The notes below the pieces were generated by a model. The model did no database searches, was not told the DNA's origin, and was given only the letters and a program-made list of their open reading frames with translations. A stretch of 63,603 nt of DNA, the filler included, from Choristocarpus tenellus KU-1152 (Eukaryota; Protista; Phaeophyceae), in assembly GCA_964200185.2 (NCBI GenBank). It is 9 parts of 9 records of this genome, joined end to end, with 100 filler letters (N's around TTAATTAATTAA, not from the genome) between each part and the next. Parts side by side here need not be neighbours in the genome. Positions count along the whole stretch, not along the records: positions 1 to 8,232 come from CAXNAD020004960.1; positions 8,333 to 14,773 come from CAXNAD020008136.1; 7 more parts are not named here. One strand, written 5' to 3'. Shown here one piece after another: positions 1 to 11,339 of the stretch (its first letter is position 1; each line of letters starts with the position of its first letter). The position numbers and the translations under genes are program-made.

Positions 1-116
1 CGTATCTGGATGACCAACGTCGCAAACACACCGTCACGATTTATAGCGCCTTTGGCGGGTGTTGCGTCTATCATTCGTCAACGTTGAATGTACGAGAATA
101 TGGCTGAGATGATAGT

Positions 117-1450
117 GTACCCACTGCCTGTGTATGGCGGAGATTATAGCATTTCTAGTTTCGATTTCCTGTGTTGCTTTGTGCGCCCAATCGTGTACAC
201 ACCACCTCTCCACGGTGGTGATATCACCGTTCATATATTCGATGTCCTTTATTTGATTGTGCTTCAAACCGTCTGCACGCGACCTGTCCATGTGGGGGTG
301 ATGTCCCCAAACTTATAGTCGATATTCCCTCTAATCTGTGCTCCAAAGCATGTACACACCACCTGCAAAGGGTGGTTAAATTACCATTTTTGGATTCGAT
401 GCCCTGTAATTATTTGTGGTCCCACCCTTTTACACACCACCTGTCCATTGTGGATATTCCAGCATTTTTAGATACCATTTCCTGCCTTACTTTGTGCTCC
501 AAACCGTGTGTACACGCCACCTCTCCGCGGTGGTGATGTGACCATTTTTGGATTCAATGTTACGTGGTTGCTTGCGTTTATTCAAAAGGGTGCACACCAC
601 CTGTCCATGTGGGGGTGATATTCCCAATCTTGTATTCGATTCCCTCAAGTTATCTGTGCTCCAAAGCGTGTACACACCACCTGCAAATGGTGGTTAAATT
701 ACCATTTTTGGATTCGATGTCCTGTAATTATTTGTGGTCCCATCCGTGCTTACTCCACCCGCCCACGGTCGTGATTCCACCTCTTTTGAATTCGATGTTG
801 TTATGTGGCTACTTGCCTTTATTCCAAGAGGTGCACACCGTCTGTCCATGTGAGTGATACGAAGGTTTTTACATTCGATGCTCTGTAGTTATTAGCGCTC
901 CCAACCGTGTACACACCATAATTAACGGCGATGATATCACCATTATTAAAAATCGATGTTATTCATGTGGTCACTTGTGTTTATTCGAAGGGGTGCACAC
1001 CACCTGTAACAGTGGGTGATATCCCCACTGTTACATTCGATTCACTCAAATTATTGTGGTCCCAACCGTCTTCACACCACCTGATAATGGTGGTTATACC
1101 ACCATTATTTGATTCGATGATCTCCTCTATAATTATTTGTTGTTACATCATCCGGGTATACACCACCCGTCCATGATGATGGTGATATCACCATCTTTGG
1201 ATTCAATGCCCTGTAATTATTTGAGCTCCAAACCGTGTGCACGCCACCTCTTCACGGTGGTGATATCACCCTTTTTAGATCAGAAGAACGGTAATTGTTT
1301 GTGTGATCCCAATGGTGTACACACCACCTCTCCACAGTAGCGATATCACCATTTTATATTCCATGCCCTGTACTTATTTGTGCTCCAAAGCGTGTACATA
1401 CGACCCTTACACGGTGGGGATTCCAGCAATTGTAGATTCGATGCTCAATG
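117..1450. repeat. Degenerate ~80-bp tandem array (~17 units) with internal palindromes
   Basis: Units start near 197, 277, 356, 433, 513, 594, 674, 753, 834, 912, 997, 1074, 1159, 1241, 1321 and 1398, with a more decayed unit near 117. Approximate consensus ACACCACCT-N5/6-GGTGGTGATATCACCATTTTT-ATTCGATG...TTATTTGTGCTCCAAACCGTGTAC. Perfect GGTGATATCACC at 217-228, 1181-1192 and 1259-1270. Confidence 0.95.
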
Positions 1451-2124
1451 TTACAGGGCACCAGTTTTCCCTGTCTGTCCTTTTGGGGCTCTACTGGACA
1501 AAGAGTTTATGAAGGACTTTATTCATTTGCTCGAAACCTTTTTCAGCGATGTACAATGTTGGGAAAGGAGTGTAGGTCATGTGGTTATATTCACATATCC
1601 ATAAATTTAAGAGGGCAATAAGGATGATGGCAAAAAATCAACATTCGAATTCGGTCACACAAAATGAACGCAACCCTACCACTCACATATTACGACCAGC
1701 ACCCATGATACCAACCCTAGCCCCGAGAGAAATAAATAACCCACCACATTTTCAACACTTATCCAAATCCGCAATTTACAGATTTCATCTCGGATCAAAA
1801 ATCTAGTCATAGAATAAATCGAAAGGCTCCTAGACGAAAGGGTCACTACAGCGAATTTGACCGAACCTTTTTCGATATTTGGAACATGTGTTGCTGTCAC
1901 TTTCGATGGGAGTAATCAGACAATTGGTTCGAAATAGAAGGAAGATTCCACGATGCAATTTCGCAAGCCACGACATCCGTCCGTCCAGGATGACGTGGTA
2001 GCACCTTCGATATGCGCATGTAAGGGATCCAATACTTTTGGAACATTTCCGATAAGGTTCAAATCGGAAATATACATCACACCCCCGAACCGTCTTGGAC
2101 GTGCTACGGAATTTGATGGCCTCT

Positions 2125-2665
2125 GCCGTTCGTCAGAACACATTAAATTCATTAATTATTATCAGCCTAGTGTCAATCGCAAACCCGCACGTGATTCCTC
2201 TCCCAACATCCATCTGGGTCAGCACGTAAATTCGTTTCATCTTCTTCTATCACTTTCTCGGTTAGACGTTATGTTTATATGCTCGGGTTATTACAAGTTC
2301 AAGTCGACACACACACCCTCGACCTTCTAGCCACGCTCCTTAATTTCATCGCCTTTGCCGTTGGTCAGAACAAAGGAAACTATTTCATTATTCTCATCCT
2401 AGTGTCACGCGCAAACCTGCGCGCGATTCCTCTCCCAACATCCAATCCGGGGCAGCGCGTAAATTCGTTTCATCTTCTTATATCACTTTCTCGGTTAGAC
2501 GTTATGTTTATCTGCTCGGGTTGTTACAAGTTCAAATCGACACACACGCCCTCGACCATATAGCCGCGCTCCTTTATTTCATCGCCTTTGCCGTTGGTCA
2601 GAACACATGAAATTCATTCATTATTATCAGCCTAGTGTCAAGCACAAACCTGTGCATGATTGCCC
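2125..2665. repeat. ~232-bp tandem repeat, about 2.3 copies
   Basis: GCCGTTSGTCAGAACA starts at ~2125, ~2357 and ~2590. The block CGTAAATTCGTTTCATCTTCTT...TTCTCGGTTAGACGTTATGTTTAT...TTACAAGTTCAARTCGACACACAC is nearly identical in copies 1 and 2. Confidence 0.95.
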
Positions 2666-3107
2666 CTGCTATATCTTATCTTGATCTGTGCGTAGGTTCA
2701 CACCAGGTTGCGTCAGATATTGTTCCGTTTTATTGATATTCATATCCATCCCAGGGCGACCGCGTTAACAGTTTCATATTTCTTGGTAAATAGGTTCCTG
2801 GTAGGAAAGCGTTACGCCGTCCCCATTTCCACGCAATCGCTACGTTCTTTTCATATCTCCCTTGCTTAGCCCATTCACGGACACAAACACCGCACTCTGT
2901 GCAGAACCCGCGTCATCATTAATCACATGGTCCACCACTGTTCATATGAATATACCCCTTATGCACTCGGCTAACCGTCGCATCCACCCCTTCCTGGACA
3001 TCATTGATCTTTGCTGATAGAATTGTCCAAACATTCCCCTCTGTCCTTACAGACAGCCGGCCGGAGGCCCGAAAACTAATGAAGACCTACGGACGACATA
3101 TATCGTA

Positions 3108-4649
3108 ATGTCCAACATCAGCGCCACCTGCACGATGGACCTTGCAACATCTGCCTTCATGACACAGAGGTATAATGCTAACCTCCTGGACATCAATCGA
3201 GTGGAGTCTATGTTCTCCAAGCTAGGGCCAGACCCAGTTGTCGCTACCGATAGGCTGGCGGCTATCCTGAGCGGACAGCCTTTTTCCATGTGCTACAGAT
3301 GGAAGACCATAAGCGACATGAAAGCTGACATGCACAGGGCGAACGTGCCCTCTGATGTGCCTGATGGCGATTCACTTGCAACCTACATCACCAACGGCAA
3401 CCTCGACATAGACGAGAATGGCGACGAGAGGGATATAGATGACAAAGACAACCTCTTATTTCGTCTGAACGGACAACACCGCACAATGGTGCTGAGGACA
3501 GTCATATGCTGTTGTCACTCACAAGAGAGGGTGAACGCTTACAACCACAATATGAGGCCAAGCGAAAAGCGCGTACATATTGATTGTAACAAAACCCCCA
3601 CGAAGAAGCCTTCCAAGAAGGAAAAAGGGAAGCGAAAAAGGATCCTGATTAGGAAAAGGAAGGTCAGAGAAGATTCCGAAGACGAGGGGAACGGAGCCAA
3701 CAGGTCCTCTTTCACATGTCCAGAGGAACTTCCTGTAGAGTACGTGAGGGGGTCGCGAGGCAAGGACTCGGAGTCTACGCCTGTCCGGAGTGAAACAAGG
3801 ATGTCTCCAAAGGCCCATTCGGTGGGCAGCGGCAACGATGATGCAAAGGTGCCTTGGAACATGTACGACCATGGTGTGAGGCCAAGTGAGAACCGTGAGA
3901 GTTCCACAACCCAGAGGGGCAAGCCTTCTGGGGAGGGAGAAGTCCGGGTTTCTAGGACAGTAATTAGGAAAAAGAGGGCGAGAGAGGATGCTGGACAGAC
4001 GAAACGTTTGAAACAACTTGTTGATCCTGATGGCAGCAAATTAGAACTTGACTTCCTCGACGACGTTTTCGCTTCTGCCAAAATGGGCAGATGCACGGTA
4101 CCTCCATGTTCACTCACATCGACGGACGACGATGACGACAAAAGCTCATCTCGTGGTGAGGAGGATTGCGTCACACATGACTCGGCCGATTCCGGCGATT
4201 CATCCGATGTGGGAATCACCGAAGCCTTCATGGAGGCGTGCGTCACCGAGCTCCTACGATCTGCAACGAAACCTGCTTCTACACAATATCGAGTGCAGAC
4301 GCAAATTCTAACCCAAGTCATTTACGATCACGGGTTCAGGCTCGCGAGGGCCGGTATCGGGGCCGCTTCTCTTCTTTTCAGGGACGAGTGCTACATACAT
4401 GGGCCCACGCAGGTGAAACTCGGCGATCGTGGAGGGAGGGCAGGCAATACGTTGCGCCCCGAGCATGTGAAAGCGCTCCAGACGAAGAAGGCTATCTTCT
4501 TGAGCCTCGTGAAGCCCGAGCCTTGGAATGCCAGGTACTCCACGCGCCTAAATCTATGGCACCTTCTTGTCAAGGCATACCCTAAGCTCACAGAGTGGTG
4601 GGACAAGGGTGACGAATGCAATTTCGAGTCCGCCCAGCAATTGAAATAG
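3108..4649 (+). CDS. Intronless 513-aa protein: putative ParB/Srx-like N-terminal domain (LNGQHR), basic/acidic middle region, unknown C-terminal domain; probably from a mobile element or virus
   Basis: Longest ORF in the window and uninterrupted, whereas the host genes here have short exons. LFRLNGQHRTMVL at aa ~117-129 resembles the [D/H]GQHR motif of the ParB/DndB/DUF3723-associated fold. Domain call is by eye only. Confidence 0.75.
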   Translation: MSNISATCTMDLATSAFMTQRYNANLLDINRVESMFSKLGPDPVVATDRLAAILSGQPFSMCYRWKTISDMKADMHRANVPSDVPDGDSLATYITNGNLDIDENGDERDIDDKDNLLFRLNGQHRTMVLRTVICCCHSQERVNAYNHNMRPSEKRVHIDCNKTPTKKPSKKEKGKRKRILIRKRKVREDSEDEGNGANRSSFTCPEELPVEYVRGSRGKDSESTPVRSETRMSPKAHSVGSGNDDAKVPWNMYDHGVRPSENRESSTTQRGKPSGEGEVRVSRTVIRKKRAREDAGQTKRLKQLVDPDGSKLELDFLDDVFASAKMGRCTVPPCSLTSTDDDDDKSSSRGEEDCVTHDSADSGDSSDVGITEAFMEACVTELLRSATKPASTQYRVQTQILTQVIYDHGFRLARAGIGAASLLFRDECYIHGPTQVKLGDRGGRAGNTLRPEHVKALQTKKAIFLSLVKPEPWNARYSTRLNLWHLLVKAYPKLTEWWDKGDECNFESAQQLK

Positions 4650-5433
4650 GGCTTCGGTCGTTCAGGTTTTCTGTTCAAGTATGGGTAGAGTTGCAGGTTG
4701 TGCAGATTAATGCATGAGTGTATCTTTCCATAGCGTTAGAGTCTGATGTTCATGCACTTTGCATCCCACAAGTTATGCATTTAGATAGTGGAACAAAATA
4801 TACGTAGCGACCGGTCAGAGTCATCAGCGTATCATATATCATACTCACGATGAGGATCAGACCTGTCTTATCATTTGTTTTACAAAGCATGTCTGCTGCA
4901 ATGTTACATCCCTAAAATATAATACATCGATCAAACAACTCGTCTCCATCCGCCCGGCTAGCCTTCCAAAATGATTTTCGCCAAGGGCAGCGATGAATAC
5001 CCTGTCCTTCTGTGAGCCATTGTTTATTCGTTGTACACGATCACACACCCTCCCCCTATTCTTTTCAATACTGTATGCACCACCTCTTGCTTTGCCCAAC
5101 TGTCGAGGAACTAGTTTCGACCAAGTTTAGTCATTCGAATCGTAGGGAATCATATGCCTAAATTCACCTACGATGCCCTAACCACAGCACCAGCCCAGAA
5201 CCTGTGGAAGAAGTGTACCTCAAACTACTTTCCTCAGAACGTACGACAAACCATTATTTGACCAATAACCACTCATACACACTAAGTATTCCGTCGACAC
5301 CTTTTGCCGTGCCTCCTACCAACAACTTCAACCCTAACACTGTCAGCGACAACAACCACGTCTTACTGCATCCAACATCCAACACACGCACACAAACAAA
5401 TAGAAGTCCTAGACTTAAACGGTGCAACAAACA

Positions 5434-5685
5434 GAGTGAAGGTGTCTTAAAAAACACGAATTTTGCCCTGCTTGTCCCTTTAGTGCTTGACTTCCAACGC
5501 CTTTCTTATGGCATTTACCTACTCTGAAACGTTCTTAACTAGGAACATACATACGTTATGAAAAAGGTGCGTCCAGAAGAACGATACTGACACTTGCTAA
5601 CATACACGATAGCCAGATATACACCAAAATCAAAATTATGGTGTTTGGTCCCCATTTAGACATTTTTTAATCCCCTCAGACACTC
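5434..5685 (-). mobile_element. MITE family A, degenerate reverse-oriented copy
   Basis: Begins GAGTGAAGGTGTCTTAA. Internal sequence (GATACTGACACTTGCTAACATACACGATAGCC) matches the reverse complement of the copies at 6846 and 37022. Confidence 0.7.
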
Positions 5686-6099
5686 TACATCCGTATGTTT
5701 TGGTTCATCGTGCCCACGTGGAGAGAACACACCTAAACAAACAATCCTCTATGTGATCGTTTCATAAACAACCGATGCAAACAAACCAACGAACAGAGCA
5801 ACCCCGGAGCAGAAAAAATCATTTTTTTGTATTCATCGTAAACAACGGCAAAACACACCCTAACTGGCAACACTCTTTGGGTGCAAACCAAATCCCAGTC
5901 GTACACACACAAAAAAAATGAAACAGCCTCCCAAGTACACCTCTTCATCTTCTTCATCATATAACTGCAACCAACACACAAAAACCAATAGACCTATTCG
6001 AACAGACTCGACATCTGACACATGCAAACGTACAAACTCCTCCCCCAATCAAACCCCGATTATCAAATGGTGGCATACATCCCCGTTATACATACTACG

Positions 6100-6243
6100 C
6101 AAGGACAGAAACGAACCTAACCAACAGTCTCTTTTTGCTGACATCTCAAATCCGACACGTACGACCAAATCATACCAAAAAGGGAAAACTCGAAAGAGAG
6201 TGAAAAACGGACGCCGACATCCCCCCCTAAGATACTTTGTCCC
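6100..6243. mobile_element. MITE family C fragment (same terminal motif); related ends at 25154-25240 and 28813-28848
   Basis: Ends CCCCCCTAAGATACTTTGTCCC. TTTTTGCTGACATCTCAAATCCGACAC is the near reverse complement of 25154-25181. Confidence 0.65.
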
Positions 6244-6359
6244 ATTGATTAAAGTTAGGTGGGGCATGCAATGCCCCATAAAGTTATAAATATTTCCTTC
6301 TATATGAGAAAATTATCATACCACTAATCACTAGTAAAAGGTTATGATAACTTAACCCC

Positions 6360-6442
6360 TAATTGATTGTTCTGTTACTCCATACATATTTTACCGTAAC
6401 TCTCCGATAGAGTTGGAAGAGTCTAATCAAACAGACAAGTCC
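6360..6442. repeat. Dispersed repeat, second copy at ~28951-29032
   Basis: TAATTGATTGTT...TTACTCCAYACATATTTT(T)ACCG...CCGATAGAGTTGGAAGAGTCTAATC is present at both sites. Confidence 0.85.
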
Positions 6443-6845
6443 CAGGCCATCAGAGATGTAAAGCCGGATGGGATGCAGGTTGGCGTTGGTGGTGAAATAC
6501 ATTTTAACAGGGCTGGTCTAGGACTGTCTCAGATATAACTGGGTTGGGTCATGGGCCAACCCTGGCGAAATGTGGTTTAATGGGGCTAGTCAGAGATATT
6601 ACAACGGATCCGGTCCGTGGGCTAGACAGTGGCCCCGGTCCTGAGAGTTTGGTCTGGTTAACTGCCACTTCTATGAAGAAAAGTCCTTAACTGCCTGCTG
6701 TTGGCATGTAAAAGACTTGTCATGAACTGAGCTGGAACACATGGGATATTTTGTTTTTTTGGAGCTTTTATTTACGTATCCGTGCATTTTGAAGGCAGAA
6801 ATGTAGTCTTGGCATGTGTATGGTCACTGCTCCTGCTGTTGTCTT

Positions 6846-7107
6846 CAGCCAAAGTATCTTAGAGGGTAGATCCGCGTCAATTTTGGGGCCAAAATCCAAT
6901 GTTGCGATTTGGATGTATTTTTTGCTATCGTGTTTGTTAGGAAGTGTCAGTAACCATGTTCCACAGACACGTTTTCGCAACTTAAACGTTTAACCTACTC
7001 CTAAACATTTAGGAGTAGCAAAACATCATTTTAAAAAAACCCTTGAGAAGCCAAGCCCCAAATGGACAAGCAGGACAGAATTCGTACCCTCTAAGATACT
7101 TTCACTC
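6846..7107 (+). mobile_element. MITE family A (~255 bp), PIF/Harbinger (Tourist)-like
   Basis: TIRs AAAGTATCTTAGAGGGTA...TACCCTCTAAGATACTTTCACTC, flanked by the 3-bp direct repeat CTT. Superfamily is inferred from the GAG/GGG termini and 3-bp TSD. Confidence 0.9.
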
Positions 7108-8232
7108 CTTCAAATGGTCAAAATTGAATATTTTTCACCCTCTTGCCCCCCACTCCCCAGTCCAAATTATCTACAAAGGCTGATTTTGTTGCACAGTACA
7201 GCACGAATCACTGAGAAAGCTGATTGCACTCTTATAGTATACTCTACAATGTCAGCAATATACCTTATGCTGCCTTTTTCTAGAAAGCAGCAATCTGATG
7301 TTTCTAAAGTTCAGTCCACTACTCCTTTCCCCCCAAATGCTCTTTATTGCTTACCTACTCCCCACCTTCTATCTAAGAAAAGCTCTAAGGTAATGCATAT
7401 TCTAGGTGCTAGTATGCTGCAGTGGGTAAAAGAAAGAAATCAAGGTCTCTCTCTAAAACCCCCTAGCTGAGATACTTTATGACTTTTTTTCTTGTTAGAT
7501 GAATAAATTTCTTGATGGTTTCATATAGTTTCATTTTTCTCTTTTTTTATTTTCCTAAAGAGTATAATTGTTTTCTTGTTTTCTTGTGCTATACTTGGTG
7601 CTGAGGGTCTTACCACGTGCCATATCCGAGACCCGTCGGACTAGTTCAAAAATAACACAATACAATACAGCAAAATGACGGTAGAAGGAGAAGAAGAGGC
7701 AACTAACCTCTCGAGTTGTACATCCAACCACTGCTATAGCTTTCATTAATGGAAGTGTGGACGTTAGTTTTGTTGTTTTGAATGGGAATTCAGTTTGATT
7801 TAGTGGGGCATCTAAAATATGTTGTGAGGTTATATGGTAGTATAGTATAACTCCAAACACAACTAGGAGGAAGTGCACTCCACTGTCCAAATATGACATT
7901 CAAAGCACTCTTGGTCCGCATGTTGGTCCTTTACCACATGGCTCTCCCAGGGATATACTAATATACCCTAACGTATAGAAACATGCTGATGTAATTATAA
8001 TGTAAGGTCGCGTTTAGTTCAACTTGGAATGAAATCAGCAGCAGCATATTTATTTTATTTTATTTTGTTCCAACAGAGCGATGTACCTTGTTAGTTTCTC
8101 GTATTCATCTTCAATCTCCAATTTTTTTCATAACAATTTGGAGCGTTTAATTTTCATCCTTGATGTCTCCACACTTTAGTGATTCCGGTCCCACTCTTCC
8201 GAACTCCTGTTTTTGGGTCAAAGTATCTGGGG

Positions 8233-8332
8233 NNNNNNNNNNNNNNNNNNNNNNNNNNNNNNNNNNNNNNNNNNNNTTAATTAATTAANNNNNNNNNNNN
8301 NNNNNNNNNNNNNNNNNNNNNNNNNNNNNNNN
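8233..8332. other. Artificial contig linker N44-TTAATTAATTAA-N44; also at 14774-14873, 25054-25153, 28849-28948, 32529-32628, 41393-41492, 53477-53576 and 60849-60948
   Basis: The identical 100-nt spacer occurs eight times. TTAATTAATTAA places stops in all six frames. Confidence 0.99.
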
Positions 8333-8451
8333 GAAAAAATCATCTACATTATCCATCTGATGTATGCAACCAAATCACCCAAAAATCGCGATATGAAAAA
8401 ATGGCCCCCAAATGGACAGCCCCCACCCTCCCCCCCAGATACTTCTAGCCC
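8333..8451 (+). mobile_element. MITE family B, partial copy at contig start
   Basis: ATGCAACCAAATCACCCAAAAATCGCGA...GGACAGC...CCAGATAC matches 9930-10104. Confidence 0.8.
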
Positions 8452-8664
8452 GGACGGAGTTGATTTCTTGCTTTCAGTTATACTACGATTAGGGCTGGTA
8501 TTTCAGTATATTGAAGGACTTTTCTTAAAGAAAGAGGATTTATTTTTTAACGAAGACCTCTGCTCTGTTCTTGTTGTGAGCCAAACCAATTGAGATATAA
8601 AGTCCTACAAATACACCAGTAGTAATTGGTGTATTTGAAATAAGAAAACCAACTCCGTTCACTC
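8452..8664. mobile_element. MITE family D (~213 bp)
   Basis: Imperfect TIRs GGACGGAGTTGATTTCTTGCTTTCA and TGAAATAAGAAAACCAACTCCGTTCACTC. Shares the CACTC 3' terminus with family A. Confidence 0.7.
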
Positions 8665-9929
8665 TAGGAACCTACAACAACATCGAAACAATCAACAAAC
8701 ACGTGATGACATGCGCAGCTGAAACTACTTCTACACTGGCACTATGGAGGCGGTCAATGACCAAGGCTAGGGATCCCTTGAGTCAGTCAACCTCCTCCTC
8801 TTTGAACAATAAGCGGTAAACAAGAACTTCTGGCTCGTGCATTCTTTATATCAAATTATTCATTTTCTACAAGAGGATTTTGGAGATAGATGTTGTTATG
8901 AGGGAGACAAGAGGAGCTACATACATACAAGGTGGAGAATTACATCGAAATAATGATCTTATACGCCAAACATAGTGGCACGGTTGAGGCAAACCAATTG
9001 CAAGGTAGGAAGGTTTGGACTCTCTTGCATTCTAGGCCATCTTTCTTCCCTGTGTGATGCACTCTATTATTTGCTGAGTCAAACGAACCGAGAGGCAGGT
9101 AGGGCTACTCTTACTTGAAAGATCCTGAGAAAGATTTTTTTTTTTGTACGTTTGCAGAAAAAATCCTTTGCTCACTTGTCATTTCGCTTTGTGTGTGCGA
9201 AGGGGGAATGCCAATTTTGCGTACACTATTGTGCACATAAAGCAATAAAACAGTTCGTATTGCACAGGATAAGAAAGATCGCTTATGATATAAAAAGGGT
9301 TCAAATCTGCCTACCTCTCAATGGGTTTGGTTCTGCTCTATACACACAACAGTGTACAAAAAAATGATATTCCCCCTTTCAACGCTGTAACAGTGACACC
9401 ACGATTGAGCAAAGGCTCTTTCTGCGATTGTACAAAATGTCATGTTCCGTTCCTTCTTGGGCTCCTTAAAATTCAACTCTGCCTACCTCTCAGATGGTTT
9501 CACTCAGTTATATTTGGAAAAAAAAAGTCACCCCCCCATCATAGTGTCATCGTATCTCAATTGTATTTGAAAAAACCTCCAACCCCATCATAGTGTCAAT
9601 ATATCGCTGTGAACTAAACATTGACATTTGTATGTCACACACCGCACACACCAACCACACAGTACAAGTGGTAGATATCGTTATTCTAGACCATACCCCT
9701 TGACATGGTATACAAATAGCATGGGTTGTACAGATCTATACTCGTATCTACCTATTATACAGTATCATAGACAAGTTGCCCACCGAACCAGTGGGTGGAA
9801 TACAGTCGATCACCACCCAACAACCAAGGCTCGCCAGAAAAGGGTGTATAGGCTATGCCTTATATTGTACTGTATGTAGTTTTCCGTTCCCTGTCCCTCC
9901 AACACTAGAAGAAAATGCTTGTGGTTAAT

Positions 9930-10104
9930 GACTCAAAGTATCGGGGGGAGGGGTTTACACCATGGTGTCCAATCGGGCCCTGACCAGGAAAAGTGTACTT
10001 ACATTTTCTATCCAATGCATGCAACCAAATCACCCAAAAATCGCGACATGGAAAATGGGCCCCACATGGACAGCTGCCACCCCCTCCAGATACACATTGA
10101 GCCC
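9930..10104 (+). mobile_element. MITE family B (~175 bp)
   Basis: GACTCAAAGTATCGGGGGG...CCCCTCCAGATACACATTGAGCCC, flanked by AAT/AAT. Inverted copy at 39649-39827. Confidence 0.85.
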
Positions 10105-11339
10105 AATAGTCCACAATTCAAACCCGAGGCATTGTACACTTACCTACACTAAGTTGTAGATCGCGACACCTCAAAAGACGCCGTAAAATTGAAACGGATG
10201 GACACGTGTGTGACACTGAGCGATGTCACCGCATGCACAAGATTTAAGGGGGGGAACCAGAGACCGATGAGCTGTGCGGGATGACTGGACCTAAACACTC
10301 CAGTGAAAACCAATGCATTCACTGGAGATTGTGTAAATATAAAGTCATCGGAGAGTAATTGAATAACTTGCTTACGTTCTACTTAGATAGGAACCCAAAT
10401 ATGACTCACCGTGAGTGGGTAGAGTGTCAGGGTTGATCGATTGATTTGATTTGATAATCACATATTATTAGTTCGATATATGATGGGTGGCGCTCGAAAT
10501 TGTGCACATGACATGTGATGGAGGAGGGAGCGACATATCAAAATCGTCATACCTGATCAGAACCATAAGTAAAAACTAAAAAATAGAAGAAGGACGTATC
10601 GGTGTGTTCGACAAGAAACAGATGTATCAAATAATATCGGAGAAAACGCAGAACAAGGAAAGAAACAAGGAAAAAGATTGTATCGACGTGTTTAAGAAAT
10701 GGGTGTATAGTAGGGCAAACACAAACCCCTCTCTTATATCCCGATCCTCTCATATTTTTTTATAAGAGCGCCTTTCTCTTAAACCGAGGGATAATGATAA
10801 GAGAAACCTATTTTATATCGAGCAAAAGTGGTCGTAGGCACTTTATACTTGTCCCCGAACGACGACAGAGCGACGCCCTTGCTTTAAGTGCTTCCCATAT
10901 GCTTCCAATAGTAGTTACACATAGATATGTATTGAACATTGCCCTCGGTGAGTCCATTTTGATGAGGCTGTGATAGTGTAGCAAGCACCACATCTACACC
11001 ACCCCTCCACAGTATACCAGTGTCATATTTATACTGTATTGTAACTTTGGTAAATTACACTCATTACGATGTATTCACTGATATGTATAGTACACCTTCC
11101 CAACAAAAGCATCCGCAAGCCATTGGATGACTGGACAGACAACTCGCAGTTCAAATCAAATCAACGTTCAAAGCCGATCTCACTTCAATACCCTGCCCTA
11201 CGTATTGAACTGCATTCTACAAGGATATCATACAGTACAGTATCAAAAACACCACGATGGATCAAACGTAGCTGCACCGCCACGCACATCCCATCGCATG
11301 CACTGAGTAAAACAATTTATTCGCTGACAAAAAAATTGT

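Noticed and set aside
117-1450. CRISPR array
   Set aside because: Units resemble each other along their whole length, with no invariant repeat and unique spacer alternation. There are no cas genes and the context is eukaryotic.
1500-2150. Possible minus-strand gene between the two repeat blocks (similar case at 4850-5160)
   Set aside because: Only short, stop-interrupted frames with no identifiable motif. It may be a decayed gene, but I cannot support a call.
3519-4678. Long antisense and overlapping ORFs (3539-4321, 3519-4016 and others)
   Set aside because: They are shadows of the 513-aa ORF with no recognisable motifs.
8233-8332. Recurrent TTAATTAATTAA palindrome as a biological motif
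   Set aside because: It is always centred in N44 flanks, so it is an assembly linker.
8215-8451. One MITE spanning the first linker, implying the contigs are truly adjacent
   Set aside because: The flanks give no matching TSD. Contigs here often break at these repeats and at poly-G/C tracts.
10298-10327. Hairpin CTCCAGTGAA-N10-TTCACTGGAG as a Helitron end or terminator
   Set aside because: It is isolated, has no adjacent CTRR terminus, and has no second copy in the window.
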